A DNA stretch of 56,915 nt, taken from positions 1 to 56,915 of the forward strand of contig UYFQ01000371.1 in the NCBI GenBank assembly GCA_900617105.1, given 5' to 3'. The stretch comes from Hydrurus foetidus (lineage: Eukaryota). The notes under the pieces are model-generated. The model was not told the DNA's origin and made no database searches. It saw only the letters and a list, made by a program, of their open reading frames with translations. How positions within the stretch are numbered: position 1 is the stretch's first letter; every line of letters starts with the position of its first letter. This document shows, piece by piece, positions 33,288 to 56,915 of this stretch. The position numbers and the translations under genes are program-made.

Positions 33288-35413
33288 GTATATGCGGCGC
33301 ATCACCTGCAGGTGCATCGGTCCATGAGCATCTCCGGCCGCAACGAGCAAAAAGTTGCCGAGAGAAGGAGAGTTCAGCACTATAAAGATGTGCAGTGAGT
33401 GGTGAATGAGGTCACCGAAATGTTGTTAGAGGGTTAGGGTTAGAGTCCTCTGTACAGTGCAGTACCGTCAAAGTGGTCGCTGCAGGAAGGCACAGTCTTG
33501 TACACAGGCTCCATGCCGCAAGTCGAAAATAGTTTGCGAGACACCTCTGAGATGAGAAGGAAAGAAGGTTGCTCAGAAACATGAAATGGAATTCGAGAAA
33601 TACGCAACATCATGCAGCAGCTCATTGTTCATACTGGGGTGTCTGCTGTCAGAAAGTGCATCGCTAAGAAGATCATTATGAGTTCTAACATTTGGAGGCT
33701 GACTGTCGTAATCCATCCTGCAGTCCATTCAGATGAGAGGCATGCAGTGTGTACTAATTTTACATTGACCTAGTGTGGTGAAGTAGCGAAAGGCATCACA
33801 GATTGCGCTGTTTCTACGATTATCATCATTTGCACCTTTATCCGGATTGTTGTTCCAGTAGGATCGGATGAAGCCGTAGCTGTTGCGCACCGCAGAGCCG
33901 CTGTCCTCCTGCGTGGGCATCAACGAGTGCGCCCACTTGGAATCCGCGATGTGGTTGTCCTCGTCCACAGATCCGAACCACTTGTCGGAGAAGACGGGTG
34001 TGACTTGCAGCAAGTATGACGGCTTCTCCCCCTTGAGCTTGATCTGCTCCCCTTCGATGGAGAAGTCCCAGTAGGGCAGCGTCACGGATGGGTCGATGGC
34101 GCGCAGAGAAGATTCGAAGGCATTCGTAAGGGCGAGATGACGAGTGAGAAATCCGGTGCCTGTTAAAATGTCGCGTCATAGAGGTCAATGGTGTCATGGC
34201 TAGCGAGAAGGATGCAGGAAAGATAGGTGGATGCAAGATATACAGATGGATGCATTTGATGGGTGCAGTGCGATTGACACAACTGGGGTAATGCGATGCG
34301 ATGCGATTCGATGAGATGCGATGCGATAAGAAAAGGTAACTCGTGACAATCAGGGTGCAGCAATGATAGGGCTCCACTGTATTCGCATTCCCCTCAATTG
34401 CTACCCTGTAAGAGTGACTAACTGCGCCCCTCTCACCTTCATGGAAGCCGTCGCACATGATGTCGTCCGAAGACATGGAGTGCAGCGACACGAAGTCTGC
34501 TATCGCACTGTATTTAGATCCATACCTCGATCTACCACAGCTAGAGTTCAATTGCCACATAGTAGACGCCGCAAGGAGAAATCGCTCTCTATCATCGTCA
34601 GTCAGCGAGCGTATTTCGCGCTTCACATACCTACAGGGAGGGAACATCAATTTGAATGTGACTGAAATAGTATTCATGCATCGCAATTTTCTTGCACGTT
34701 AGTACTGAAGACTTTGCATTCAAATGGGAGGTCTTGTGTGGATGGGGTACTCACTTTGAGATCAGCAGAGTGGAGTATGAGAACGCCAGTGTCCGAGACG
34801 AATTGGAGAGAAAGTACGCACCAATGCTGATGGTGTAATTCTGCGTCTCCATAAACGTGACATACTGGACCGTTGAGTTATCAACGAAGTTATGTTCAAA
34901 ACCACTTATATTCCAATAAAATGAGTACAGGCCACTTTCGACAGCTGAACCCAACAATGTGAGGGTTGTCAGTTTATATGGTTCGACAAGCTGTGCACCC
35001 AGATCCACTGCCAGCCAGGGATACGGAGCTTTGAACAGTCCATATTCATTTGATGCGATCAAGGACAGCACTTCCGACGATGAGGTTGAAGAGTACATGG
35101 ATTCGGAGGTGCTCGCATCATTTGGAGAATCCCCTCTACGTGTGACAACAATTAAAGCCACTAGAAATACTATTGTTATCGATAGTATAGAAACCCCGAC
35201 AAATCGCCTGTGGGCGATGATTTTTTCTCTCCTTCCGATTGATGGCAATGCTGTCCGACTAGAAGCTCTAGCATCACTTTCATAAATTGTTGATGACGGC
35301 CCAAAAGATTTCACCTCTTGATCATGAGAATCTAAGTTTGAGGTGGATGGTTCACTGTCTTCCTCATTACTTAATAGAGGTCTAGTGGCATACTCTCTAT
35401 GGCTGCCGTACAT
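30610..35413 (-). CDS. Tyrosinase-domain (type-3 copper) protein with N-terminal transmembrane anchor; multi-exon
   Basis: YVKREIRSLT; CuA (SLH...CDGFHEG|TGFLTRH); LPYWDF; CuB (AHGPMHLQ|IGG at ~33310, SPSDIMFWMVHPAIER at ~31410-31455); C-terminus DYVFDNFNWLHC* with stop at 30610; TM segment in exon 34751..35413. Confidence 0.9.
31768..32512. repeat. Degenerate (TCAC)n intronic microsatellite
   Basis: Visible actc/tcac iterations; the middle part is AT-rich and degraded. Confidence 0.9.
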
Positions 35414-35930
35414 GCTGACCTCAGAAAAGTATGGCCTTCGATAACATGTCTCCTGCGAAAAAGCTAACTAAATAGCACTATGGAAACGATCGCTGGATCT
35501 ACTTATTGCATTCTAGCTCGCCTGCGGGTTCCTCATGAGCCCTACTGAGAGGTCATCTCTTTCTACAAAACAATCCTCGCTTCTCATTCGTCCATACTAG
35601 TGACAGGTTGGAGGTTGGAGGAATGAAACTCTTGGTACGAAGGAAAATTTGAACGCACAACAAACAATTACTGTAACAACAAACTGAGGGAACAGTAGAA
35701 TAGCTGCTGGAGTCAGTCAGAATGGTGGCATAATTTGATATTTAGGTAGTTCAAGTTGCAAATTAGGTCCATAATAATCGATCGTCAGAAATGAGAAGTG
35801 ATGCTCTGCCATCTGACACTTACGGGAGTGAAGCATCGTGGAGGCTCTAGATCATTGCTACTCCAGACTTCAGCAAGACTAGGAGCTTCTGGAAGCGCTC
35901 ACGATATCTTCAGAACGACCCCTTTTGCCA

Positions 35931-36869
35931 ATGCAGCGATCGTTACTCAACATTTTTGACTCTGCAATAAAGTTCGTTCGCAAGTTCGCTGGTAAGGTTG
36001 TGAAGAATTGGCTGCATTATTGGACAAAATGCTGCGAAATAGAGAGAATATGTGCTTCTGGAGGATATCACACTTCGGAAATGTCGTACTTCTTCGCAAA
36101 GTCTATGAGGAAGTCTTCTCAACTGTCCGCTATTTCCGTGGAAGTGTTTTCTTCACCGGAGTTTTCTGTTGATGATGTGTTCGACGTGATCGTTAAAGTG
36201 AAAGGGATGAAAGCTCACAATCGTGAGCAAAACTCAAGCCCCAAAGTGCGAATTGTCGTCATCAATATGACTCATTGCTTGAAATCACTTAAGCATCTGA
36301 ATATCGTGATTGGACGTTTGGAAGAAATGCTTTCTATCACAGTGGACTCCTCCATAAAACATCACTCTTATCTTCTTGAGGAGTTTTGGTCTGAAATGCA
36401 GCCGGGCGTGAGAAGGCGGTCAGAGAAAGATTGGGGTGAGGTTGGTTTTCAAGGGATGGACCCTTGCAGCGATTTTCGCGGGATGGGATTACTTGGGTTG
36501 CAACAACTACTTTTCTTGAGTAAGAAAAAAATCGCCGCTGAAATGTTGCTCGATGCTGGGCATCCCCGTAGATTCTACCCATTCGCCTGCACTGGCATCA
36601 ATGTGACTGCATTTACGGTAGAACTACTGAGGGAAGGGCGATTACATCGATATTTATTCCGTAATCTGGAGATGAGCGCGTTGCGGATGTCCCAGCAGGA
36701 AGTCTGGTCCACATCAGCGGGTTTCGATGCAGTGCATGAGGTGTACTGCGAGATTTTCGAGCTGTTCAGTAAAACATGGCAAGCTCGTGATCCCCCCAAC
36801 GTGATGCACTTCAAAGATATATTCGGGGATGTCAAATCAGCAGTCCATAAGAAGTATGCTGAATTTTGA
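35931..36869 (+). CDS. ELMO/CED-12 domain protein (ELMOD family, putative Arf/Arl GAP)
   Basis: WGEVGFQGMDPCSDFRGMGLLGLQQL and YPFACTGINVT are ELMOD signatures; uninterrupted ORF; first ATG 35931. Confidence 0.9.
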   Translation: MQRSLLNIFDSAIKFVRKFAGKVVKNWLHYWTKCCEIERICASGGYHTSEMSYFFAKSMRKSSQLSAISVEVFSSPEFSVDDVFDVIVKVKGMKAHNREQNSSPKVRIVVINMTHCLKSLKHLNIVIGRLEEMLSITVDSSIKHHSYLLEEFWSEMQPGVRRRSEKDWGEVGFQGMDPCSDFRGMGLLGLQQLLFLSKKKIAAEMLLDAGHPRRFYPFACTGINVTAFTVELLREGRLHRYLFRNLEMSALRMSQQEVWSTSAGFDAVHEVYCEIFELFSKTWQARDPPNVMHFKDIFGDVKSAVHKKYAEF

Positions 36870-37961
36870 AATGAGCTGCGAGAAAGTCTTTGAGGAAAGC
36901 TTCGATATGAATGTCGTTTCATCTCACACTATTGAAAAGTTTTAGTCCGTCCGACGTACATAAGTGGAGCCGCTGGATTGTTGAATAATTTGAAATAAAG
37001 AAGAACATTCACATGGGGTCCTCTCACTGAGAATAAAAGACACTGAAGTGTCCAACCACCAACTCCTGCGTCCTGAACAGAACCTCTACTCGTAGATGAT
37101 TTGACTACGGGTGCAATGCTGTGTCGCTTTCTTCCAGAGATTGTCCCCTACCATGCTATTGGGAATGGCTACGTCACTGTCATGGTTACTGACATTGCCC
37201 GATGGAACTTCCAGGTCAGCGTGACCGAACAGCTAACCGTCCGATGATGGGGTAACAACGGTCCATTTGCCTTGCATCGTAATGCACCTGCTTTGACTGT
37301 GCGATTGCAGATTGAGGCTCCACCATGTCGATGGCTGATGGGAACAACGTGTGAGGTGTGAGGGTTGCGGATATAGGCCCCCTTCGGTGTTGGGTGGGAA
37401 GTGGAAACCGAGGGGAAACTGAAAAGAAACCTGAACCTGAACCCAAAACCCAACCCCCCCATTACAGATAATAAATAATCATCATCAGATCACCACTAGG
37501 GACTGTAGAGTTATCAACTATCATGACGAAGAAGGAACTGAAGTCATATTTAGTGGAAATAGTCTAAGCCATTTATAACAAATTTTCTTTCTTCATGCAT
37601 TTTTAAAACATAACATGAAACCTTCTATCCAAACGGTGCTTCCATAGTCTTCGGGGCTATCGCTCTTCCTAGGTATTTAGACATGACGAACAAAACAAGG
37701 CACGATATTTGAGACTGATCAGCGATTACTTTAATGTTATCCGAAAGATTTTGGCTGAGTCACAATGTGCTCCCCTGCGTCTTCTTATCGTCCAGCTGTC
37801 AATGGAGTAGCTCTTACGCATTGGCAACTTTCATTACACGTAGCCAGCGGTAGTAGAACGCTTCCGGATTGCTAGATATTGGGTTTCTGATTTGATGCAA
37901 CAGATTTGCGTAGGCTCTGTGATCAATGTTTGTCATCGATGCAAATTAAAGCTGGCAGAGT

Positions 37962-40900
37962 ATGGTCGCTGACAAACCGGAGAGGATTAAGGTTTTGGTT
38001 CGAGTGAGGCCAATCAGCAGCTCAGAAGATGCGCATGACAGCCCCCTTAGAGTTTTGCATAGGGATTCTCGCCAAGGTTGGGACTAGTACAATCAAATGT
38101 AGCCAATCGATTGAATTAGTTACTTTCAATACGGAGGCAACTAGACTAGAACTGACCTCTATCCTCCATGCCATGATAAATAAATCTTCGTAGGCGACGC
38201 TGTGACGATCAACAGCACTAAATCCATCAAACTCTACAGCTTCAAAGGGAGAAAATCAGTTGAATGTGACTTTGATGCTGTCGTTGGCTCGGAGAGCACT
38301 CAGGAGGAAGTGTACGAAATTGTCCGAAACTGCACACGTTCGGTCATCAGCGGCACAAACAGCACCATATTTGCGTATGGTCAGACTGGCAGCGGAAAGG
38401 TAAAAGACAGTTTTCTTGCGTAGATTTCTGCCATGGCTTCTGTTAAAGATTCTGAATTAATAGAATGTTTCTAAACCCTCTCTAGGGTGCCGTTAGTTAA
38501 GTTGTCTCAATAACTGATAGATGATTGAACTCTGTCCCGAAATCCACTTATCATTTTCACACTGCTACAGACCTTTACCATGTACGGTCCCTCAGGGTCA
38601 GCTAGCAGCTGCATGAATTCTACCTCTGAAAGGGCCAAGAGGAATGCGGGGATCATCCCGAGGGTGATGGTGGACATCTTCCAATTGACTTCGAGCACAG
38701 AGATCCTGTCCCTGTCCGTGTTCTGCTCCTTCCTGCAGATGTACAATGAGCACCTCTACGACATGCTCAGGTTTGATACTGCTAATCTCATCTCTGCCTT
38801 ACCTTGCCATCCCCTGCTGTACCGCGCTGTGCCTTAGAGTTCCTCTCCGTATCTCTGTTGGGTGCATTTCACTTTTTAGTAGAACATTCATGTTTACTCT
38901 GCGAATATGTAGCGCGTGGTTCCGATGTGTCGTGATGTCTACTAAACGCTACTCCCCTCCGTTTCTCATATCCAATCCATTATGTGTCGAAGAGATCCGG
39001 CGCTGCTGAACCCCCTCACTCTGAGAGAAGATTTGAAAGGAAGTAACGGTAACGGGACGGAGACGTATGTGCAGGGGCTGTCGGAGTTCTCCGTGAAGAG
39101 CGTGGAGGAAACATTCGAGCTGCTGCGCACTGCAGAGCGGAACAGGAGGACTCGGGAGACAGATATGAACTCCTTCTCCTCCAGGAGCCACTCTGTATTC
39201 CAGGTAGGCTCAGTCAAGTTAAGTTAAGTTGACTTCAACTGAGGACAAGAGAGGGCTGACTCGAGTCATGTTTCTCAGCGCCCCTCAACTTCACTGCCTC
39301 TTCTTCTGTCCTCATGTTTAAGATCGTTGTGGAGCAGAAGAGACTTGCGCTTGACGGGGGAGAGGTCTCCCTCGTGTCCAAGTTCAACTTAGTCGACCTC
39401 GCAGGCGAGAAACATCTGCTGTGTTGCATTACATCGTACTGCATTGTATTCACCTTTATCTACCGTACAGGGCGATGCAATCAGTGACTTCTCTTATGTT
39501 TCCAAAGTATCCTATACATACAGCTGTCAGTCCCTTCTCCACCTCCCATCATTCCTACGCACTGATCTGATCTGATCTGATCTGATCTGATGGCTAATCT
39601 TCAGTCATCACCTAATTACATTGTATTGCCACGCATTGCATCGCATCGAATCGCGTCGCCTCACGTTACAGGGTCGGAGAAGTGGGACCCTGTGAAGGAC
39701 CAGCAGCTGTGCGATGCCCACGTGACCGAGATGACCAACATCAACCTCTCCTTACACACCCTGGGCCGCTGCATCGCTGCTCTCGCTGACAGGTTAGAGA
39801 AAGGGAAAGCTAGGTGTTGGGTTGACTGCGACGTAACGCAGAGCACTGCACCGTACGCATGTCAGAGATCTACATCGATTGAAGCGTCTAACTTGAGTCC
39901 ATGAGAATATCTGACTCACTCCCAATTGTCTCCTATACAGAGCTGCTGGGAAGTCGTGTCACATTCCCTTCAGGTAAGCGCACCTCCTCGTCTATAGATC
40001 CAACATGTTATGATGGCTCCCTCCCTCTTCTCTTGTGCTTTGAAAACGTCTCTTTCTTCCCACCCAATCTTGTCGCACCCACCTATCTCCTCCGCCCCTT
40101 GACTACCATCCATCCACCCCCTATCTCCCATATCTCATTGCACAACACTGGATCTATTCTATGACATTGGTAGGGACTCCAAGCTTACTCGGCTGCTGCA
40201 AGACAGTTTGGGGGGTAACTCTCGCACCTTCCTTGTGGCCACCATCTCGCCCTCAAAGTACCTCATTTCACATGCTATAACATACTGTACTGCACCTCAC
40301 CTCACCTCACCATTTCTCCCTCAAGTCTTTACCCCCATCATAGATGAAAGTGATCTGTCACGCATGTTCCTATTGTTTGCACCAGAGGCCACTGCTTGCT
40401 TTCGTTTGCTGCACAGTTCGGTAAACGTGTCATTTATCTCGGAACTAAATTATGTCCATCCTGTTTATCCATTGAAGGATGAGCGTGGAAGAGAGCGTCT
40501 CCACTCTCAAGTTCGCAGACAGGGCGCAGCAGGTGACTCTCACTCTCTGGCTGACTTCAGTCAGCCGAACTTTTCGCCGCGATCTTATCCTATCTTATGC
40601 GATGTGCACACTGTCCCAGTGCTGCGCAGCATAGAGTGGCTCAGAAGAGCAGTTACAGTTGCAGTTGCGGTACTGTAGCGGAATGACATATCTCTCGCAC
40701 CACTTATCTAAAATACTCCCATCCTGTTGTTAGGTGATGGTGTCGGCCACTGTGAACGAAGTGCGACCCGTGGACCACAAACTGGTACAGAGGCTGCTCA
40801 AGTGAGAAAACAGAGTGTCTGTCCATCTATCTATGTCCTCTCTTCATCTGTTGCGCTCTCCCTCTCCCCCTCTCCTTCAGTCCCATCTAGTCACCCTAAG

Positions 40901-43900
40901 CCAAAATAGAATCTGAATCTACATGTTCTGGTTCTAGTGTGCACGGTGTCGTGTCGTTATCATCCTCTCTATTCCTTCCTAGATACGCGCCCACTACACT
41001 CCACCTACCTGTATCTTACCCCATTCTATCGCAGAGAGGTGGAGCAGCTGAAGACTTTGTTGAGGAAGTACGAAGGCTCCGATATCGACATCGCTAATGC
41101 GGTTATTAACAATGGAGACGATGTCAGGAGCAGAAAGGGGAAGGACAATGGAATGATAATTGAAGAGAAGGAGGAAGGGGGAGGTGGAGAGGGAGGTTCC
41201 GTAGCCTCTCATCGGTCCTATGCCCTGTTACCTAGACTGGAGAATCAACCCAACTCATCTGCAGGTACTGTCACTCAGATAGGTACACAAGACACGTACA
41301 GCTCCTCCTCTGCCTTGAACTATTCCCAGAGAACTCTGATGTCGTCCGAAAAGAAGCAGGACCAGGTTGAGGAACTCTGTAGCACTGACGCTAGCCTGAG
41401 GGTATGTGCAGATAGCAGGGCACTGAGAGAGATTCAGTCGCTACAGAGGGAGATACAAGCCTTGAGGGCCAGACATACGTACGATCAAAAGGAAGAGAGG
41501 CGCTTACAGCTATTCGACAAACAGGAAACCAGCAAGGTGAGTGATTTCGGACACCCACAGATGCGACTAAGACGGTCGCAATTTGATGGCCTCCACTCCC
41601 ACGCCATCACATCACATCACATCTCATCTCATCTCATCATCATCTCATCACATCTCATCTTATCTCATCTTATCTCATCTCATCTCATCTCTCATCTCAT
41701 CTCATCTCATCCTTATCTATCTCATCTCATCTCATTATCTTCTCATCTTATCTTTTCATTCATCTCATCTTCTCATCTTTCATTCATCTCATCTCATCTT
41801 ATCTTCTATCTTATCTTCATCTCGTCTCATCTCATCTTTATCTTTCATCTCATCGTCTCATCTTGTCTCATCATTTCATCTTTACCTTATCTCATCTCAT
41901 CTCGTCTCATTTCGTCTCGTCTCATCTCATCTCATCTCGTCTCATCTCATCTCGTCTTTTGCCGTTCCCAATTTTTCATCATCGTCATAATCATCATCAA
42001 CATCACAATTGTGCGCCCCCCCCCCTTCCTTCCTTTTCCCTCTCAGATCCGAGAGAACTCGATGTTAGCGTACGAGTGTCTGTCTGCCAGAGAAGCATCC
42101 ACGTGGCGGCATGTGGAGAGCCTTCAGGTATCCGCACTGCTCATACACTTGATCTCAAATGATTTGATGTGACATGATAGCATATCACACGATATCGCAT
42201 CGTATAGTATAGTATTATATCTACTGTAGCAGGATCACTTTCGCTGTCCAACCACTCGTCAGTCTTGTCGTGGCGATGCTATGAATCGCCATGAATAAAT
42301 CTTTTATCAGTCAATGGCCCGCTGCATCTTATTTACTTACATCATCCTACCCCTTGTTCCGCACTTTCTCCTCCTCTTCTTATTGTGTTCAACTTCATCT
42401 CTATCTCAACGATCGTCGACAGGCAGTTATGAGGAGTTTCTTTGACTTCAAGCTGGAAGAAGAAGAAATGCGCCGCAAGATGCAAGACGTGAGTAAGGCA
42501 GATAGTTCATTTGTCTTCTTTTTTTTGCTTCGCTTTACTGAACGTAGCTTCACTTCGAAATAGATTCAATTAAATTAAATTATATCGAATGCACTCTGCC
42601 TCTCATGTATTCACTCGCAACTTAATGTTCCTCACCCTTACGCTGCTCCGTCCCCTCCTAATCCATTCAATGCAATCTACCTCACTGCAATTCAATGCAC
42701 TAACAGATTTTCAAACAGCTGGAGACATCGCACACACAGCATGTGCCGCCACTCTCGCACCCTGCTCCTTCTCCCACTCCTACTCCCCTTGCTATCGATC
42801 CCTGCCTCGCCGCCCATCAGTCAGATGTGCGTACTAGAAGGGATAGAGGAAAGGAAAAGGGGGAGGCAAGAGAGGGGACGAATGCACGGTCCAGCTCGAC
42901 AGTCGCTGACAGCAGGAATGTGAAGCAAAGGCAAGCTGTCTCTTGCGAGACGAGAGTCGCCGCGGTAGATGAAGATATTCTTCTGCGGAGCGGTTCAAGG
43001 TGAGTGAGCGCCATCTCCTTCCCTCCATCATCTCCTTCCCTCCTCTCCTTCCCTCTTCTCTCCACTGACCTACCACTCTCTCCCTCCTTTCCTCCCTCCT
43101 GTGGCACGATACGCTACTTCTCTCATCCGCTGTTTTGACCCTCCTCCACTGCAATGACCTCTGTCTTCTTCTCCCTTCACAGTGCAATCCAGTGAATTCA
43201 ATTCAGTTCGGCTTAATTCCATTTGATTCATTGGAACTCAAACCGCACCGATGCTTATTTCTTTTTCTCGGCTGCCTATTCTCAGGTCTCCAAGCTCTCT
43301 TCGAATCGACACTGTGACTGGAGGGAGAGGAGGGGGAGGTGACGGCAGTGGAGACGGTGACTGCTCGAGCACTGTTCCGATAATCACAATACCGAGGCGC
43401 ATGAAGGACATTCCCGAAGGGAGGGCATCTGATCTCCCTCTTTCTCTCCCTACTCCTCTTCCTCTCTCTGTCTCTCTCCCGAGATCAACATCGAAGCCTT
43501 CTAGACTCAGAGGGATCTCTGTGCTCCAGGATGAGAGCCACAAAAGTAACAGTCACACTAACAGTCGCATCAGCAATTATGAAGGGTCACATGGATCTAG
43601 ACATGTGTCTTCGAAGACAGCAGACGGGGGCCGGACTATCGCAGCTGTTGTTGTCGCTCTGGAGGACTGCTCTGTCTCCTCTGTCGAGAGAGGTATCTAT
43701 TTTTCTTTTTGTGTGTGTTGACTATGCCGTACAGCTTGCTCTTGTGACCCAGTCACCCTATTTTGCCTTCAGCGATTGCTGATTTGCTTCACTGCAATTA
43801 ATGTACTAACTAATTGACTGCTGTAGAAGTCGAGCACGATTTGGTCGTGGCCATCAGGATGCAGAAGGTGCGTGCGTTGAATTATGTCTCTTACCTCCCG

Positions 43901-44332
43901 TCCCACCGTGTCTGCCTCTCCCTCAGCTTCTTCTTGTACCTCTCCTCTGACTTCGGTTACTCACGTCCCCCCTGATGTCGCTCCTCATATCACTCCCTCT
44001 GCTTCCTTCGCTTCCTCTCTCGCCTCCCTCTTTTGTTCATGTCCTCTATCTCTCTGTCCCTCCTTACGCTCTCCTGATAATGCACTTATCTGCCAGTCTG
44101 TCTGCTTGACCGCTCACTTCTTTGATCTACAATGGCAATCTCAGCACTCTGCCCCACGAACATTGTCCGTGTTGCATCCGTGTCGTTATTACTTTATGAA
44201 ATCTTCCAATCCCTCGCATGCCTACTCTGTCGCCATATTCTCTAGGTCAAGATGCGTCACCAGAGAGCACTCGTGGACTGGCTCGTGGAGAAGGAGAGTG
44301 CGGGGAGGGACGAATTTAATGGGTTGACTTAA
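37962..44332 (+). CDS. Kinesin motor protein, N-terminal motor, multi-exon; 3' end approximate
   Basis: [21 protein letters not shown] (P-loop), [20 protein letters not shown] (switch I), LVDLA|GSE (switch II), [47 protein letters not shown]. Confidence 0.95.
41607..41960. repeat. Degenerate (TCATC)n intronic microsatellite
   Basis: Visible repeat inside a kinesin intron. Confidence 0.9.
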
Positions 44333-45985
44333 TTGGAGATCAGATAGAGCGCCGGCATCGTCCTGTACTCTTCATCCCTTCTCATCCCGTCTTACTCCAT
44401 AATGTCCGACAGCCAGCCATGATGGGATAGAATTGACAGAGCAGCCCAGTGCATGACATGACATGATGGGACAGAAAGGACAGTAACCCAGAGGGATGAA
44501 AATGGAGTAGTAGAGTCCAATTGCACACTGCAAGTAGCACTTGATATTACTGTGTGTGATGTTATTTCAATTGTCATCTTACATCTTTCTTACATCAATT
44601 ATATCAGTTTAAACTGGGGTTTTAACGAATAAAATGATTACATGAACGAGATAAAATAAAGTCGATGAGATGAGTCCAGTTTTGCTGACCATGCGAAATC
44701 CTTGTTGATGACAACAGAATGATACCGTACTGTGAGTGACACTGAAGAGCGCTACGTTTCTTTGCGTCGATTGCGTGGTACGGTATTGCAGTGATGAAGC
44801 TGTACTTCCCAGTAGCTATATTGTATTGTATTATACTACACTGTACTATGCTATATCATACTATACTGACACATTTATTCACTCCCCTTCCCTATTTCTT
44901 ATCTTCCTTCACTCCCAGAGCTGGCACACACACCGCCTGTTCCGCTCTGTGTTGCGATGTCTTTAGGGTCGACTTGCATAGAAACGGTGTAATAGACTCC
45001 GATGATGTTGAATCTTCTCTCGTCCGTATGTATGAACTATAATGCAATGCGATACTCGGCATCCTGACTCATCCTACCTTTCTCTTCCTTGCTTTAAATT
45101 TCCCCTCCATCCCTCACTGCCGTATGAACTGCTCTCGTCCAACATTTCTCAAGAAGATCAAATGAACAGTGCCGCTTAGGATGTCATTGCCCCGCTCTGC
45201 TCTGCCCTGTCCTTATCTATTAGGTGAGGCTGCTAGTTTACTTGCGCGTCATGTGGGTAAGCGAGAGACCTCTCGCCTGCAGTGACGAAGAAGATGAAGA
45301 GGAGGAGGAGGAGGAGGAATTGGAGTAGTTGCTATGGCTGTGCCCTTGTCGGTGTCCCTGTCCGTTCTCTTTACCCGGTATAGGTCCCCTAATCCCATTG
45401 CATTCAATAGCATGAAAGGAGTAAAAGGAGGGGAGAGGAGTGGAGCATAAAGCACCATGAGGGGTGCATACATGTTGCGTAGCAGTCAGCACGGATAGGA
45501 AGGGACAGTGCGGTACGGTACAATCACTGTTCTGGTCGCTGCACCTCTCACACCTTACAGAACCTCTTTCTTTCTCTTTCTCCTCGGCACCGCTGAGACC
45601 TCTTATCTTGGGCTGCAAGGGACAAGCAATAGTAAGGGGGAGGAAGAAGGAGAGGGAAGGAAAGGGAAAGATATTTCTAAAAAAACGGAAATGACGTCAG
45701 CACTCTCTGCTGTCAATACGCCGTACAATGATTCAACGATGACATGTGATGTGATGTGATGTGATGTGATGTAGTAAGTTGGTATCATGTGACGCGACGT
45801 ATCGTAGACTTAAACGATTATTTGTGATGCAATTGTGGGGGAGCAGAGTATGCTATTCACTGTGGAATAATGGCACAGTGTTGCAGCACAAATCGCCCAC
45901 TTCTTACGCACTGGAGCTGAATTAGATGTGATGCAATACAAAGCAAAAGTCGACCTCAATCAAGCGAAGCTGAAACAATCCAAGC

Positions 45986-56300
<10,315 letters not shown>

Positions 56301-56361
56301 TTTGCAATTCATGCGAGGAGGGACAGGAGGAGGGGGAGAAGGAGGGAGTAGGGGGAAGATG

Positions 56362-56445
56362 AAGGAGGGTTGGGACGGTAAAGGAGGGGTTGGGACGGTA
56401 AAGGAGGGGTTGGGACGGTAAAGGAGGGGTTGGGACGGTAAAGGA
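56362..56445. repeat. 20-bp minisatellite AAGGAGGGGTTGGGACGGTA, 4 copies
   Basis: Four tandem copies, no spacers. Confidence 0.93.
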
Positions 56446-56915
56446 TATTTTTGAAGAAGTCACGGCATGGGAATGCATGCGCGATAATATCATGATTTGC
56501 ACTGTGTGTGTAAGCGTGAATGTGTGTATGTGTATCCCTGCATGTGAGAGTTTGTTTGTGAGTGTTCTGCTGGTAGAGACTGATCGTGATATTGATCGGA
56601 ACTGAGTGGCAGAATCTTCTCCAGAACAGAAGACGCCATCAAAATAATGATGAGAATTAAGCAATACTTCGAAGTACAGCGTGATGATTTCATGAGCAGT
56701 ATAGCACGGTGGATAGTAATGTGTGATGTGGTGTGATGTGATTTATCAACAGTAGGCAGAGTATGACCCGTCGACACCTGAGAGCATGTTTCCCGCGATT
56801 TCCTGCTCGTCAATCCTCTTACGAGTAGCCTCCAGTTCTGAGAGTGGCAAAGATGTGCGGCATGCGAATGCACATAAGCGGCAGCAGTCAGCGAATAACG
56901 TTGGTAGTAGATCAT

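Noticed and set aside
41540..42172. SSHLI-rich ORF extensions, and similar ORFs at 48349, 48593, 49646-50085 and 55144
   Set aside because: Translations of intronic microsatellites.

Overview
Eukaryotic genomic DNA with many short GT-AG introns and intronic microsatellites; probably a protist such as a stramenopile (inference, not shown by the sequence). 1-16.7 kb is a retrotransposon nest, all on the minus strand. A Ty1/Copia element (LTRs <1..247 and 16234..16693) is interrupted inside its RT by a complete 8.7-kb Ty3/Gypsy chromovirus (identical 208-bp LTRs, 4-bp GAAG target-site duplication, TSD). The Copia itself appears to sit in an older related LTR ending at 17173. Both elements are atypical. 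The Copia has a CCCH-finger Gag, an extra unknown domain, an ATGA stop/start overlap, an in-frame TGA between PR and IN, and an HSDD RT motif. The Gypsy has a long N/D/R-rich leader ORF and a palindrome in place of a tRNA primer-binding site (PBS). 18.0-27.4 kb is one gene for a ~3,100-aa, probably secreted Cys-rich protein built from ~14.3 near-identical 579-bp repeats, with amino-acid variation concentrated in one 7-codon patch. The rest holds a palindromic MITE-like element, a SCAR/WAVE-like gene, a membrane-anchored tyrosinase-domain gene, an ELMOD gene, a kinesin gene and a long unidentified multi-exon gene. Exon boundaries were read by eye and are approximate.
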